Made by a program: the position numbers and the translations under genes
The notes under the pieces: generated by a model
The model's database searches: none
What the model was told of the DNA's origin: nothing
The model's input: only the letters and a program-made list of their open reading frames with translations
Source: Raoultella phage vB_Ro_M12a
Sequence record: PQ181262.1
DNA length: 24,000 bases
Strand: one strand, 5' to 3'
Shown: one piece after another, positions 1 to 7,905 of the stretch
Position numbering within the stretch: the stretch's first letter is position 1
Layout of the letters: every line of letters begins with the position of its first letter

Positions 1-217
1 TGATGATTAAACCGTCACCAGATTTCTCGATGAGGCCTTTCTTAATCAGAACACCGATGTTTGAGTTAACAGAACTTGCGTTCATGGTTTCTTCAAGGAT
101 TTCACGCAGTTCAGAAGAAGTGATGAAATCCTTTTTAGCTACCTGAACCAGGATAGCAGCAGTTTTTTCGTTCAGAGCATCTTCGGAAGCTTTGATGATG
201 TAAGTTACTTTAGACAT
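1..217 (-). CDS. motA: MotA middle-transcription activator, N-terminal part (gene continues off the left edge)
   Basis: Reverse-strand read from ATG at 217: MSKVTYIIKASEDALNEKTAAILVQVAKKDFITSSELREILEETMNASSVNSNIGVLIKKGLIEKSGDGLI..., closely matching remembered T4 MotA (MSKVTYIIKASNDVLNEKTAA...). Adjacent to gene 52 as in T4. Not in the ORF track because it is truncated. Confidence 0.95.
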   Translation of the reverse strand, partial: MSKVTYIIKASEDALNEKTAAILVQVAKKDFITSSELREILEETMNASSVNSNIGVLIKKGLIEKSGDGLII

Positions 218-261
218 TGTGATTCTCCATGATGTTTTATTCAATTTGTTTGGTATGAGAC

Positions 262-294
262 TATAATATCATCTGCTAACCAGCTTGTAAACCA
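262..294 (-). promoter_or_regulatory. T4-type early promoter upstream of motA
   Basis: Reverse complement TGGTTTACAAGCTGGTTAGCAGATGATATTATAG. Confidence 0.75.
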
Positions 295-342
295 TTTTAT
301 TCTGCTCTCTGAAAAAATTTTCTTCAAAGAGCAGTAAAAATG

Positions 343-606
343 CTATACGTTAAAGATCAAGAACTTATCGCCATTCTCAAGTTTAAGCACCCAGAAATCA
401 TCATATACACAAAGAACGACTTGGTACTCTTCACCGTCTTCATAGTTACTTGCTTGAATTACCTGACGCATAGGATACTCGCGATTAACTTCGAACTCAT
501 CGAGCACCACAATGTTACCTTTGACGTAGTGGCTCAGTCGAGTTCCATCGGCTTGAGTGGAAATATAAAGAATGTTTTTGATATCAGATTTTAATGATGT
601 AATCAT
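343..606 (-). CDS. Conserved hypothetical small protein at motA.1 position
   Basis: 87-aa ORF between motA and 52 with a T4-type early promoter directly upstream (637-670). Confidence 0.75.
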   Translation of the reverse strand: MITSLKSDIKNILYISTQADGTRLSHYVKGNIVVLDEFEVNREYPMRQVIQASNYEDGEEYQVVLCVYDDFWVLKLENGDKFLIFNV

Positions 607-636
607 TTTGTTTTACTCCGTGTTGTTTTGATATTG

Positions 637-670
637 CTATAATACCACAACCGAGTAAGCATGTAAACAA
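637..670 (-). promoter_or_regulatory. T4-type early promoter upstream of the motA.1-position gene
   Basis: Reverse complement TTGTTTACATGCTTACTCGGTTGTGGTATTATAGC. Confidence 0.75.
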
Positions 671-736
671 CTTTGTGAAAATAATTTGGGGCATTCTAAG
701 GAGGGATTTTGGAGGGATATAGATTTATATGGAAGG

Positions 737-762
737 ACCTGGAGATGACCTCCAGGTTCCCT
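737..762 (-). terminator. Hairpin downstream of gene 52
   Basis: GGACCTGGAG-ATGAC-CTCCAGGTTCC, about 10 bp with one bulge; lies between the 52 stop (834) and the next early promoter. Confidence 0.6.
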
Positions 763-833
763 AGATTAACTGAGGAGCAACAAAACTAGACCTAATACGG
801 CAATTATAGAACCTATAATTAAATAAAATTCTA

Positions 834-2222
834 TCATAGTTCTTCCAGGTCTTTCAGATACTCGGCTTCAGGAGTTGTCTTTTCCCAGTACTTAACCTCT
901 TGTGCTAGGCGTTTTGCTTCCTGAGCAAGTTTCTTCGCTTCATCATCAGTGATGTGATAGATGTTCATTGAAACGAGTTTTTCAGAATGGTCTTTGAATA
1001 GTTCATTTTGTTCAATTTCTTTAGTCAGTTGCTTGCGAGTTTTACCTTGGATAACGATGTTACCTGCGATAACCTCTTTGATAAATTGAGCTTTTGCCTG
1101 AGCAAGATTAAACGCCTGCTTAGTTTCAGCGATTTTATGCTCGATTCGTTTGGCAGTGAATGTCTTACGGACTTCTACGAAATGACGAATTAACTCACCT
1201 GAAGTTTTGAACTTATCGTTCAGCTTACCATTCTCATCGATGACTACTATGTACTGACTCATTTTCTCAATGAGTTTAAAATCCTTCATGATTTTAGCAT
1301 GACGCTGCTCTGGGTCATCGCTTAAAGCATAGTCTTTACGGAATTTAACCTTGAACCCGAAACCAGTTTTAGAACAGTCATCATCATACGTGATGTATCC
1401 TGCATCTTCCAACGGGTCAAGTACTTTTTCAACGTAAGAAGCTCGTTCAAACTTGTACGGAATTTCACTGATATAGATTGAGTTCCGTGAAGTTTCTTTA
1501 TACACGCCGTGCAGCTCAACAGAACCGTCTTCTGTTTGAACGATTTTTCCGTTAAATTTAGGAAACTGTACTTCAGGTTCCATCATTTCGCCACGAAGTG
1601 CTGCTTTAGTGCATTCCAAAACAGATTCAAAACTATGCGGAAGAATAGAAGTTGAATAACCTGTTGCAATACCACGAACGCCATTCAGAAGAACAGTCGG
1701 AATTACCGGCAGATAATATGCGGGCGGAACATGCTCTTTATCTTTATGCGCTGGAGCGATTTCTGTATCTTTGTAGATTTTACGGAAGTTGTCAGAAATC
1801 CGACAGAAAATATAACGACTTGCCGCAGCAGATTGAACCAAGCGAGAACCGAAGTTACCTTGTCCATCTAATAGAGGATAGTTGTTATTCCATGTGTTTG
1901 CCATCAGTGCACCAGCATCTTGGGCAGACGTTTCACCATGATGATACCCTAAATCAGCTACACCACCGGCGACAGACGCAAGCTTATGGAATTTTTCTTT
2001 ATTACCACGAGCTAAATCAAGAGCCCGAGCAATAACAAAACGCTGTACAGGTTTAAACCCATCAATCAAGTTCGGAATAGCGCGGTTTTCTACAGTGTAA
2101 ATCGCATACTCTTTTGCTTCATTATCAATGATAGATTTCAAATCGCGATGACGAAGATTTGATGCCTTAGCCAAATCATCAATAGAACCTGCTTGTTTTA
2201 ATAGAGTGTCAAAAATATCCAT
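834..2222 (-). CDS. 52: DNA topoisomerase II medium subunit (type IIA GyrA/ParC-like)
   Basis: 462 aa; RDLKSIIDNEAKEYAIYTVENRAIPNLIDGFKPVQRFVIARALDLARGN... and ANTWNNNYPLLDGQGNFGSR..AAASRYIF match T4 gp52. Confidence 0.97.
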   Translation of the reverse strand: MDIFDTLLKQAGSIDDLAKASNLRHRDLKSIIDNEAKEYAIYTVENRAIPNLIDGFKPVQRFVIARALDLARGNKEKFHKLASVAGGVADLGYHHGETSAQDAGALMANTWNNNYPLLDGQGNFGSRLVQSAAASRYIFCRISDNFRKIYKDTEIAPAHKDKEHVPPAYYLPVIPTVLLNGVRGIATGYSTSILPHSFESVLECTKAALRGEMMEPEVQFPKFNGKIVQTEDGSVELHGVYKETSRNSIYISEIPYKFERASYVEKVLDPLEDAGYITYDDDCSKTGFGFKVKFRKDYALSDDPEQRHAKIMKDFKLIEKMSQYIVVIDENGKLNDKFKTSGELIRHFVEVRKTFTAKRIEHKIAETKQAFNLAQAKAQFIKEVIAGNIVIQGKTRKQLTKEIEQNELFKDHSEKLVSMNIYHITDDEAKKLAQEAKRLAQEVKYWEKTTPEAEYLKDLEEL

Positions 2223-2227
2223 TGTAC

Positions 2228-2368
2228 CTACCAGATTAGTGAGCCGATTTGTACTATAACATCGGAAATGAAAAGCACAATATAAACTACGCCGTAAATC
2301 ATTCCATAGTACAAAATTAAAAGCAAAGCGGCTACTAAAGCCGCTCCAATCAAAATTTTCTTAATCAT
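2228..2368 (-). CDS. Small membrane protein (46 aa)
   Basis: Manual read: MIKKILIGAALVAALLLILYYGMIYGVVYIVLFISDVIVQIGSLIW*. Hydrophobic, packed between 52 and the next ORF, in the 52.1/ac region of T4. Confidence 0.65.
   Translation of the reverse strand: MIKKILIGAALVAALLLILYYGMIYGVVYIVLFISDVIVQIGSLIW
2253..2280 (-). promoter_or_regulatory. Candidate MotA-dependent middle promoter for gene 52
   Basis: Reverse complement TTGTGCTTTTCATTTCCGATGTTATAGT: TGCTTTT MotA-box-like, 12 nt, TATAGT -10. Confidence 0.5.
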
Positions 2369-2504
2369 TGGAAAAGGCTGCTATAATAAGAATAATTGAT
2401 AAAGTTCCTTGCGCTAACGCCTGCGAAATAACAGAAGTTTCACCTGTAGTCAATGTCGATACGCATAGAGCAGCCCAAATTCCGCCAGCAATTCCTTTAA
2501 TCAT
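2361..2504 (-). CDS. Small membrane protein (47 aa)
   Basis: Manual read: MIKGIAGGIWAALCVSTLTTGETSVISQALAQGTLSIILIIAAFSND*. SD-like AGGAG upstream (TGTAGGAGTTTACAAATG); 8-nt overlap with the next gene. Possibly at the ac position. Confidence 0.65.
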   Translation of the reverse strand: MIKGIAGGIWAALCVSTLTTGETSVISQALAQGTLSIILIIAAFSND

Positions 2505-2674
2505 TTGTAAACTCCTACAATTTTACAAATGCGCTCAAACATAATAAATGCTGCAGTGAACGCAATGCTTCCAATTACTTTAGTGGTAGGCACGAGGCCA
2601 TACCACATGAATGTTCCTGAGCAAATCATTAGGGCCATCAGAAACACATAGCCCATCACGAAGAAGGTTCTCAT
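2501..2674 (-). CDS. Small membrane protein (57 aa)
   Basis: Manual read: MRTFFVMGYVFLMALMICSGTFMWYGLVPTTKVIGSIAFTAAFIMFERICKIVGVYK*. 4-nt ATGA-type overlap with the downstream gene; two hydrophobic segments. Confidence 0.65.
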   Translation of the reverse strand: MRTFFVMGYVFLMALMICSGTFMWYGLVPTTKVIGSIAFTAAFIMFERICKIVGVYK

Positions 2675-3129
2675 TAGTATTTCTGCAAAGTAAAGATGAA
2701 GTTATCATTCAGAATACGATTCACTTCAGAGTAGGTCTGCGCGGCGCTTGAATGCTGACGAGTAAACGCCAGTGCAAGTTGACCTTTGCCATAACCAGTG
2801 GTGAGTGGTTTCATTTTATTAGCAGGAATCCAGAACACACCGTATGTTACACAGTTTGAACGAAGGGTACGACCCAACTGAGAACGCCCAGAACGGATAT
2901 GAGAAAGAACACTTTCAAATCCTGCCTTTGAACGCTGTTTAGCTACAAAGAAACGAGCAGATGCACCAATATAACCTGCTTTGCCATCATTGAACATCAA
3001 AAAATAAAATCCTTCGCGCTCAGTAATTTCACGAGATGGAGCACCTGCTGCCCAATCACCGTTACGAATAGAACCGATCAGTTCTGCACCAGCGTTATCG
3101 AGATCAGCAAAAGTCATAATATTACGCAT
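2674..3129 (-). CDS. ndd: Ndd nucleoid disruption protein
   Basis: 151 aa; ...NAGAELIGSI...GFYFLMF..., RSKAGFESVLSHIRSGRSQLGRT...MKPLTTGYGKGQLALAFTRQHSS match T4 Ndd (RSKQGFSAVLSHIR.RRSQLART...MKPLTTGFGKGQLALAFTR). Confidence 0.95.
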   Translation of the reverse strand: MRNIMTFADLDNAGAELIGSIRNGDWAAGAPSREITEREGFYFLMFNDGKAGYIGASARFFVAKQRSKAGFESVLSHIRSGRSQLGRTLRSNCVTYGVFWIPANKMKPLTTGYGKGQLALAFTRQHSSAAQTYSEVNRILNDNFIFTLQKY

Positions 3130-3164
3130 GTTAATTTCCTCAGTTAATTAAAGCTTATTCTCCG

Positions 3165-3185
3165 ATAAGGGGCCGAAGCCCCTTC
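3165..3185 (-). terminator. Stable hairpin / likely terminator or 3' stabiliser
   Basis: AAGGGGC-CGAA-GCCCCTT on plus strand, so the minus transcript carries a 7-bp stem with C(UUCG)G tetraloop, between the 29-aa ORF and ndd. Confidence 0.65.
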
Positions 3186-3187
3186 TA

Positions 3188-3277
3188 CTACCAAAAATAT
3201 ACTACTGCCGTTACACCACAAACCCAAAATACAAGAAGACCCGAAGCCAACAGACGATACACGATGTGTCGTTTCAT
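3188..3277 (-). CDS. Tiny membrane peptide (29 aa)
   Basis: Manual read: MKRHIVYRLLASGLLVFWVCGVTAVVYFW*. Basic N-terminus plus one hydrophobic helix; fills the gap upstream of the hairpin. Confidence 0.5.
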   Translation of the reverse strand: MKRHIVYRLLASGLLVFWVCGVTAVVYFW

Positions 3278-3465
3278 TTTTGACCTTCCCACACGGTTTC
3301 TACTAAAGATTTAAGGCCATCAGTTTGAATAATATCAACCGCTTGAATAGCAAAATAAATTCCGAACCCGAATACTGCAACAATACCTAGAGCGACAGCA
3401 ACAATAAAAGACAGAACAACAGTTCTCATTAAGTTAAAGCGACGATCAAAACTATTACGAATCAT
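3274..3465 (-). CDS. Small membrane protein (63 aa from internal ATG)
   Basis: ORF track start is 3489, but ATG at 3465 (MIRNSFDRRFNLMRTVVLSFIVAVALGIVAVFGFGIYFAIQAV...) is preceded by SD TGAGGAAAATATAATG. Confidence 0.7.
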   Translation of the reverse strand: MIRNSFDRRFNLMRTVVLSFIVAVALGIVAVFGFGIYFAIQAVDIIQTDGLKSLVETVWEGQK

Positions 3466-3475
3466 TATATTTTCC

Positions 3476-3592
3476 TCAGAAGAAAGCATTAATCCAAACG
3501 TTAACTAAATCCCATGCGAAAACACCAATGAAAGTAACGATAAGGCAGAATACTACAAAGGTGTTCTTCAGAATCGTAAGTAACTTTTTCAT
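3476..3592 (-). CDS. Tiny membrane protein (38 aa)
   Basis: Manual read: MKKLLTILKNTFVVFCLIVTFIGVFAWDLVNVWINAFF*. SD GGAG (CTGGAGAACAAAATG). Confidence 0.6.
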   Translation of the reverse strand: MKKLLTILKNTFVVFCLIVTFIGVFAWDLVNVWINAFF

Positions 3593-3617
3593 TTTGTTCT
3601 CCAGTTTAGCTAACAAG

Positions 3618-3653
3618 ATTATAGTATCACCGAAGAACAGGAAAGTAAACCGT
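3618..3653 (-). promoter_or_regulatory. T4-type early promoter
   Basis: Reverse complement GGTTTACTTTCCTGTTCTTCGGTGATACTATAATC: -35 GTTTACTTT and -10 ACTATAAT. Precedes the tiny membrane gene cluster and ndd. Confidence 0.8.
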
Positions 3654-3892
3654 TAAATGCACAAGTTACGAATTTTTTCTTCTAAGGCTTTAACTTTATC
3701 TATGTGTTCATCGCGAGCTGCTGCAGCTCCATTGGGATACAATCCACCGTAGGTTGAATCGCCATTATCGCAAGCAATGATAGTATAATGCCAATTCATA
3801 GATTCGAGAATCCTATACTCTTTCAAAAGTTCAGCTTTAATAGAAGCATTTCCGCGTTTGGCTCGAAGTGATTTTAGCTCTAAGTAACTCAT
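3653..3892 (-). CDS. Hypothetical protein (79 aa)
   Basis: Complete ORF downstream of an early promoter (3918-3952); intergenic packing as for neighbours. Confidence 0.75.
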   Translation of the reverse strand: MSYLELKSLRAKRGNASIKAELLKEYRILESMNWHYTIIACDNGDSTYGGLYPNGAAAARDEHIDKVKALEEKIRNLCI

Positions 3893-3917
3893 GTTTACTC
3901 CCGTTTAGTTTGTAAGG

Positions 3918-3952
3918 CCATAGTATCATGGCCAATCCCGGAAGTAAACAAC
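3918..3952 (-). promoter_or_regulatory. T4-type early promoter
   Basis: Reverse complement GTTGTTTACTTCCGGGATTGGCCATGATACTATGG: GTTTACTTCC then GATACTATGG. Confidence 0.75.
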
Positions 3953-3955
3953 TTT

Positions 3956-4543
3956 TTAAAATTTGTGCATGATATACCCGCCAGCACCAACTCGTGAAGG
4001 TTTTACTACTTCCATGAGGTGTTCGATGCCGCCGGCAAACATTGGTGTGTACTGTATGACATTCTGGGACACTTCTTCGGCAATGAATATAATTATACAG
4101 TCTGCAACTTTATGTTTAAACATGGGCCCTAGATTTATTCCACTTCCATCTGGGAATGGACCGTCTTTACCAGTTGTAACATTAATCCATGGCTTATGAT
4201 TTGCTCGGTCATGAACAAAGTGTGTTTTAACTTCAACTCTAACACCTTGGTAGTAGGGATGAGCTAGTACGTCCCAGGCCCATTCATACGGATCGTTGTT
4301 ATTATGGTCAACAACTTGATCGTTTACGTATCCATCAAGAAAATCCGCTACCACATACTCTGCCGGTATAGCAATTCTACATCTTTTAAGAACATCAATT
4401 CTGTCTTGAGATGGATCGATATCTAAACTATATCTTGCAGTATCAATGATTTTTACTTTTGCTTCACCCCTTAGCTTATTCATATCTAGGGTAAATGTCC
4501 GGAGTTGGTTCAATCTCTGCAGGGCTTTGTTCATCAATGCCAT
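3956..4543 (-). CDS. denB: Probable DenB-like endonuclease IV (195 aa from ATG 4543)
   Basis: Position next to rIIB and a size near remembered T4 DenB. Contains D...VEVKTHF, compatible with a PD-(D/E)xK core. ATG at 4543 has SD CAGAGGAATTTATG, better than the ORF-track start 4627. Symbol is synteny-based. Confidence 0.6.
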   Translation of the reverse strand: MALMNKALQRLNQLRTFTLDMNKLRGEAKVKIIDTARYSLDIDPSQDRIDVLKRCRIAIPAEYVVADFLDGYVNDQVVDHNNNDPYEWAWDVLAHPYYQGVRVEVKTHFVHDRANHKPWINVTTGKDGPFPDGSGINLGPMFKHKVADCIIIFIAEEVSQNVIQYTPMFAGGIEHLMEVVKPSRVGAGGYIMHKF

Positions 4544-4772
4544 AAATTCCTCTGATATGTAATTCACCAAAATAAACACGATCGTCGTGGTTACATGTGT
4601 CTGGTTCCACAACAAAATCATCGCCAAGTTCTACAAGTTCATCACAGTGCAACCAAGCATAGTGAACATCACCTTCGTGTTTAACTACATGATGGCAAAA
4701 TACCGTAGCAGCATGATGAGTACCACGAAGATTAACAACTTTAGAATGAGATACGTTAAATGGATTAATCAT
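4476..4772 (-). CDS. Conserved hypothetical protein (98 aa) at denB.1 position
   Basis: Complete ORF between rIIB and the denB candidate; overlaps the denB start by about 68 nt. Confidence 0.7.
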   Translation of the reverse strand: MINPFNVSHSKVVNLRGTHHAATVFCHHVVKHEGDVHYAWLHCDELVELGDDFVVEPDTCNHDDRVYFGELHIRGIYGIDEQSPAEIEPTPDIYPRYE

Positions 4773-4791
4773 GTTTCACCCATAATAAAAG

Positions 4792-4809
4792 AGGAGCCCG
4801 AAGGCTCCT
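4792..4809 (-). terminator. UUCG-tetraloop hairpin downstream of rIIB
   Basis: AGGAGCC-CGAA-GGCTCCT, 7-bp perfect stem; minus transcript loop UUCG. Immediately after the rIIB stop. Confidence 0.7.
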
Positions 4810-4814
4810 TATAA

Positions 4815-5726
4815 TTAGCGAAGTTCTGAACCCCAACGATCGGTTACATCTTCTAATACTACATAACCACATGTACGCATTTTAGCATCGTTGTAATCAA
4901 CCGGGATAGATACTACATCACGCGGATGAACTTTAACTGAAACGATACGATCGGAACCACTACCGAAGTGACCGATGTAAGATTTAGAGCAGACATGCAG
5001 ACCTGCTGAACAAGTACGCTGATCGTCTTCATCTACCTGGTTACGCGGCATTGTAACAGTTTTACCCGGAGAGTTATCAAACGTGTTTGAAGCACAATCG
5101 AAGTAATTAGAACGAACTACTTTCCAACCAATGAAGTGACCATCATCAGTGATGTCGATATCGTTTGCATTAAGGAAATCAAACAGACGATAAACTGCAC
5201 GACGAGATGGGTTCAGCATCAGGTTTTCCAGGAAAGGCAGATAACGTTTAAAGTCTTCGCCATCTTCCATAGCTCGAACGATACGCTCAGTCAGACCAGA
5301 TTTCAGCTCGATATCTTTATAGAATAAAGTACCATCTTCAATTCGGACGTTACCCTGAACGAATTTCTTGATGCCTTGTTCCAGGTTAATGTGGTCAATA
5401 GCACCAGCGATATCACCATCTACAAGTTTCTGCAGTGCAGATTTAAACCCGGGATGTTGGCTATCAGCGTTATAAGTAGTACGGCCTTCAGTAATTGAAA
5501 TGAATTTGGAACTTGCTGCCCATTTAAATTCACGCTCAACTGGAGCTTCTACTTTAGCAGGAACAGCTGCCGCCGCAGCTCGAGCTTCACGCTCTTTAAA
5601 CACACGCCGAATGGTGTCACGGGAAACACCATAATTCTCGGCGAGCTCTTTCTTAGTGTACAGACCGTTTTTGAAGTTTTTAATGATTGCATCTTTTTGG
5701 ATTTCAGACAGACAGGTAACAGCCAT
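4815..5726 (-). CDS. rIIB: RIIB lysis/exclusion protein
   Basis: 303 aa, starts where rIIA ends. N-terminal HTH-like YTKKELAENYGVSRDTIRRVFKE resembles T4 RIIB; conserved C-terminal CSAGLHVCSKSYIGHF. Confidence 0.95.
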   Translation of the reverse strand: MAVTCLSEIQKDAIIKNFKNGLYTKKELAENYGVSRDTIRRVFKEREARAAAAAVPAKVEAPVEREFKWAASSKFISITEGRTTYNADSQHPGFKSALQKLVDGDIAGAIDHINLEQGIKKFVQGNVRIEDGTLFYKDIELKSGLTERIVRAMEDGEDFKRYLPFLENLMLNPSRRAVYRLFDFLNANDIDITDDGHFIGWKVVRSNYFDCASNTFDNSPGKTVTMPRNQVDEDDQRTCSAGLHVCSKSYIGHFGSGSDRIVSVKVHPRDVVSIPVDYNDAKMRTCGYVVLEDVTDRWGSELR

Positions 5727-7895
5727 TTATTCACCTTTATTTTCAGAATTTTGAGTAGAAGCTCCATCAAGGAGCTCCATGATTTTTACGATATCATCGA
5801 CGAGTTTGCTGTCAGTCCGCCAAGTATCCAAGACACTTGCGATGACAGGATAATCATCTTTAAACTGTTCAATCTTTTTATAGAAGATTGTCTCAGCATC
5901 ACTAGACAGTTTATTATAAATTTTATTACATAAAGCTAAATCATCGTTTTCATCTTTGATTTTACTTGTACGACAAACCTTAGCGATTTTGTTTAGTTTT
6001 GTCAGGAACGGATTTTTCATTCCAGACGCAGTAAACTTACTCGACAAGAAATTCAATTTATCGTAATGCGCAATATTTCCACAGATACGGTTTCCAGTAG
6101 CATTTGATGGCATGTACTGGTCGTAGTCTACCTTATCAATACACTTGATGTATTGGTCAATAATAAACCGGTCAAATGAAAGCAATCCATCAGCTTTGGC
6201 CGCGGCTTTCATAGCACTCGGACGAATTGCATAGAATTTCTTAATTCCACATGCTTCTGCCAGAGAACGCATATCTGTGATGCTCATATTCCACCACCAA
6301 ACATTATCTGGGAAAGTGTGGATTTCATCACGATTGCGACCGATAGCATAACCTTCAAGCTCAGTAATTTCAGATGATAATAAAGTCTGACGGTCTTCTT
6401 CCCAGTACCCGTCTTTATCAATCCAATGCAGAGAAACATTTGGTGATTTAGGACGTTTCTCTTTTGGACCAGTGTCGTAATCAGGAAGAGCTTTTCTCTG
6501 GGCTTCAAGTTCAGACACACGGAATACTACAACTTCATCAGTATCCATGATTTTCTTCAGCTCATCAATGACATGCAATTCATCTTCATTGTCTTTGATT
6601 ACGGTAATGTGTGCCCAGATTGGAACTAACCCAGATTTACACAGAGCACGAACCGTAGCAATACGCTTACCCGCTTTATCGTCAATAAGAACAAACGCTT
6701 TAGTTCTATCAACCCCGCAAATATCAGAAATGTTTACTTGATTATGACGATGCCAAGAACTGCTTGACACTTTACGACGAGCAGGTTCATCGCATGAAAC
6801 ATAAACTGATACTTCGTTATCTACATAATATGAACGAATTTTATCAAGATTATACTTCGCAACTACTTGTTTAATATCGCGGTTCCCAATGGTAATACCA
6901 CGGCTCTGAAGAATAGAGCGTTCCTTAGAACTCAGCTTATTGAACTCGCGCAGGAATTCACGGTCAGATTCATACGCTTCAAACGCTTTAATATCTGCGG
7001 TAATTACCTCTTCTTCAAGAGCATTCACACGCTTCTGGATATTAGCAATTGTTTCTTCGTCAAGAGAAAGCTCTTCACGAGATGGAGTAATGTCTAATTC
7101 GCCAAGAGGGAAATGAACATAAACCTTGCCATAACGATTAAGCAGCCAATCTGCCTTAACATCTACACCGCTGATAGGATATACGATTTTTCCATAAACC
7201 GCGTACAGACCATAGCTTTCATACGAACTATTAACGCTGAACCAGTCGGTCTTATCTACCGGGAAATATTCAATTTCACGGCGAAGAGAATCTACCTTCG
7301 GAGGTACAGCACCGAATGTACGCAAAACATATGCGATTTCATAGTGCCAGGTATCAATATCTTCTACTTTAACCGGAACAGTGATTTCAAGACCAGTTTC
7401 TTCGTCTTCTTTCATGTCATCAACGAACATTGGACGAATAGTAGGTTCACCGCGGTTTTTCATGACAGTATAACCTGTAGCTTTACCATCATGATATGAT
7501 ACTACGTTAAATGTACTTGTATAGCTTAAAGGCGATTTAGAACCAAGACCAAGAGCACCGATGAAATCATTACTATTATTCTTTGTAGATTCAAAGAATG
7601 TTTTATACATCGTCATCATGTCATTATGATTAAGACCTGGGCCATAATCACGAATTACAAAGCGCGGGTCAAGACGAGTTGGTGCTTTGATGTAAAATGG
7701 ACGATTTTCATTACCATTCAGTTTATGAGCATCATCGCAGTTAGTAGAAAGTTCACGAACAACGGCACGGGCTTTATACTTATAAAGTTTATTTGACAGA
7801 ATGTCAAAAGCTTTACCTGAAGCTTTAATGGTAAACGTTGAATCGTCAGCGTCAGAAGAACCAATAATTACTTCATCATCACATTTAATTTTCAT
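5727..7895 (-). CDS. rIIA: RIIA lysis/exclusion protein, GHKL-type ATPase fold
   Basis: 722 aa, close to T4 RIIA length. GHKL motifs: ELSTNCDDA, VIRDYGPGL, GALGLGSKSPLSYTSTF. Followed directly by rIIB. Confidence 0.96.
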   Translation of the reverse strand: MKIKCDDEVIIGSSDADDSTFTIKASGKAFDILSNKLYKYKARAVVRELSTNCDDAHKLNGNENRPFYIKAPTRLDPRFVIRDYGPGLNHNDMMTMYKTFFESTKNNSNDFIGALGLGSKSPLSYTSTFNVVSYHDGKATGYTVMKNRGEPTIRPMFVDDMKEDEETGLEITVPVKVEDIDTWHYEIAYVLRTFGAVPPKVDSLRREIEYFPVDKTDWFSVNSSYESYGLYAVYGKIVYPISGVDVKADWLLNRYGKVYVHFPLGELDITPSREELSLDEETIANIQKRVNALEEEVITADIKAFEAYESDREFLREFNKLSSKERSILQSRGITIGNRDIKQVVAKYNLDKIRSYYVDNEVSVYVSCDEPARRKVSSSSWHRHNQVNISDICGVDRTKAFVLIDDKAGKRIATVRALCKSGLVPIWAHITVIKDNEDELHVIDELKKIMDTDEVVVFRVSELEAQRKALPDYDTGPKEKRPKSPNVSLHWIDKDGYWEEDRQTLLSSEITELEGYAIGRNRDEIHTFPDNVWWWNMSITDMRSLAEACGIKKFYAIRPSAMKAAAKADGLLSFDRFIIDQYIKCIDKVDYDQYMPSNATGNRICGNIAHYDKLNFLSSKFTASGMKNPFLTKLNKIAKVCRTSKIKDENDDLALCNKIYNKLSSDAETIFYKKIEQFKDDYPVIASVLDTWRTDSKLVDDIVKIMELLDGASTQNSENKGE

Positions 7896-7905
7896 TTTAT
7901 TCCTA

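Noticed and set aside
340-594. Plus-strand 84-aa ORF antisense to the motA.1-position gene
   Set aside because: Minus strand has a better supported gene with early promoter; no plus-strand promoter or SD seen.
1652-2035. Plus-strand 127-aa ORF inside gene 52
   Set aside because: Antisense to highly conserved gp52 sequence; no independent support.
3963-4814. Plus-strand ORFs 3963-4199 and 4587-4814
   Set aside because: Antisense to denB-region genes; no expression signals.
5549-5770. Minus-strand 73-aa ORF spanning the rIIA/rIIB junction
   Set aside because: Out-of-frame overlap with two well supported genes.
6547-7499. Plus-strand ORFs inside rIIA (6547-6741, 6867-7097, 7113-7499)
   Set aside because: Antisense to rIIA, which has clear GHKL motifs.
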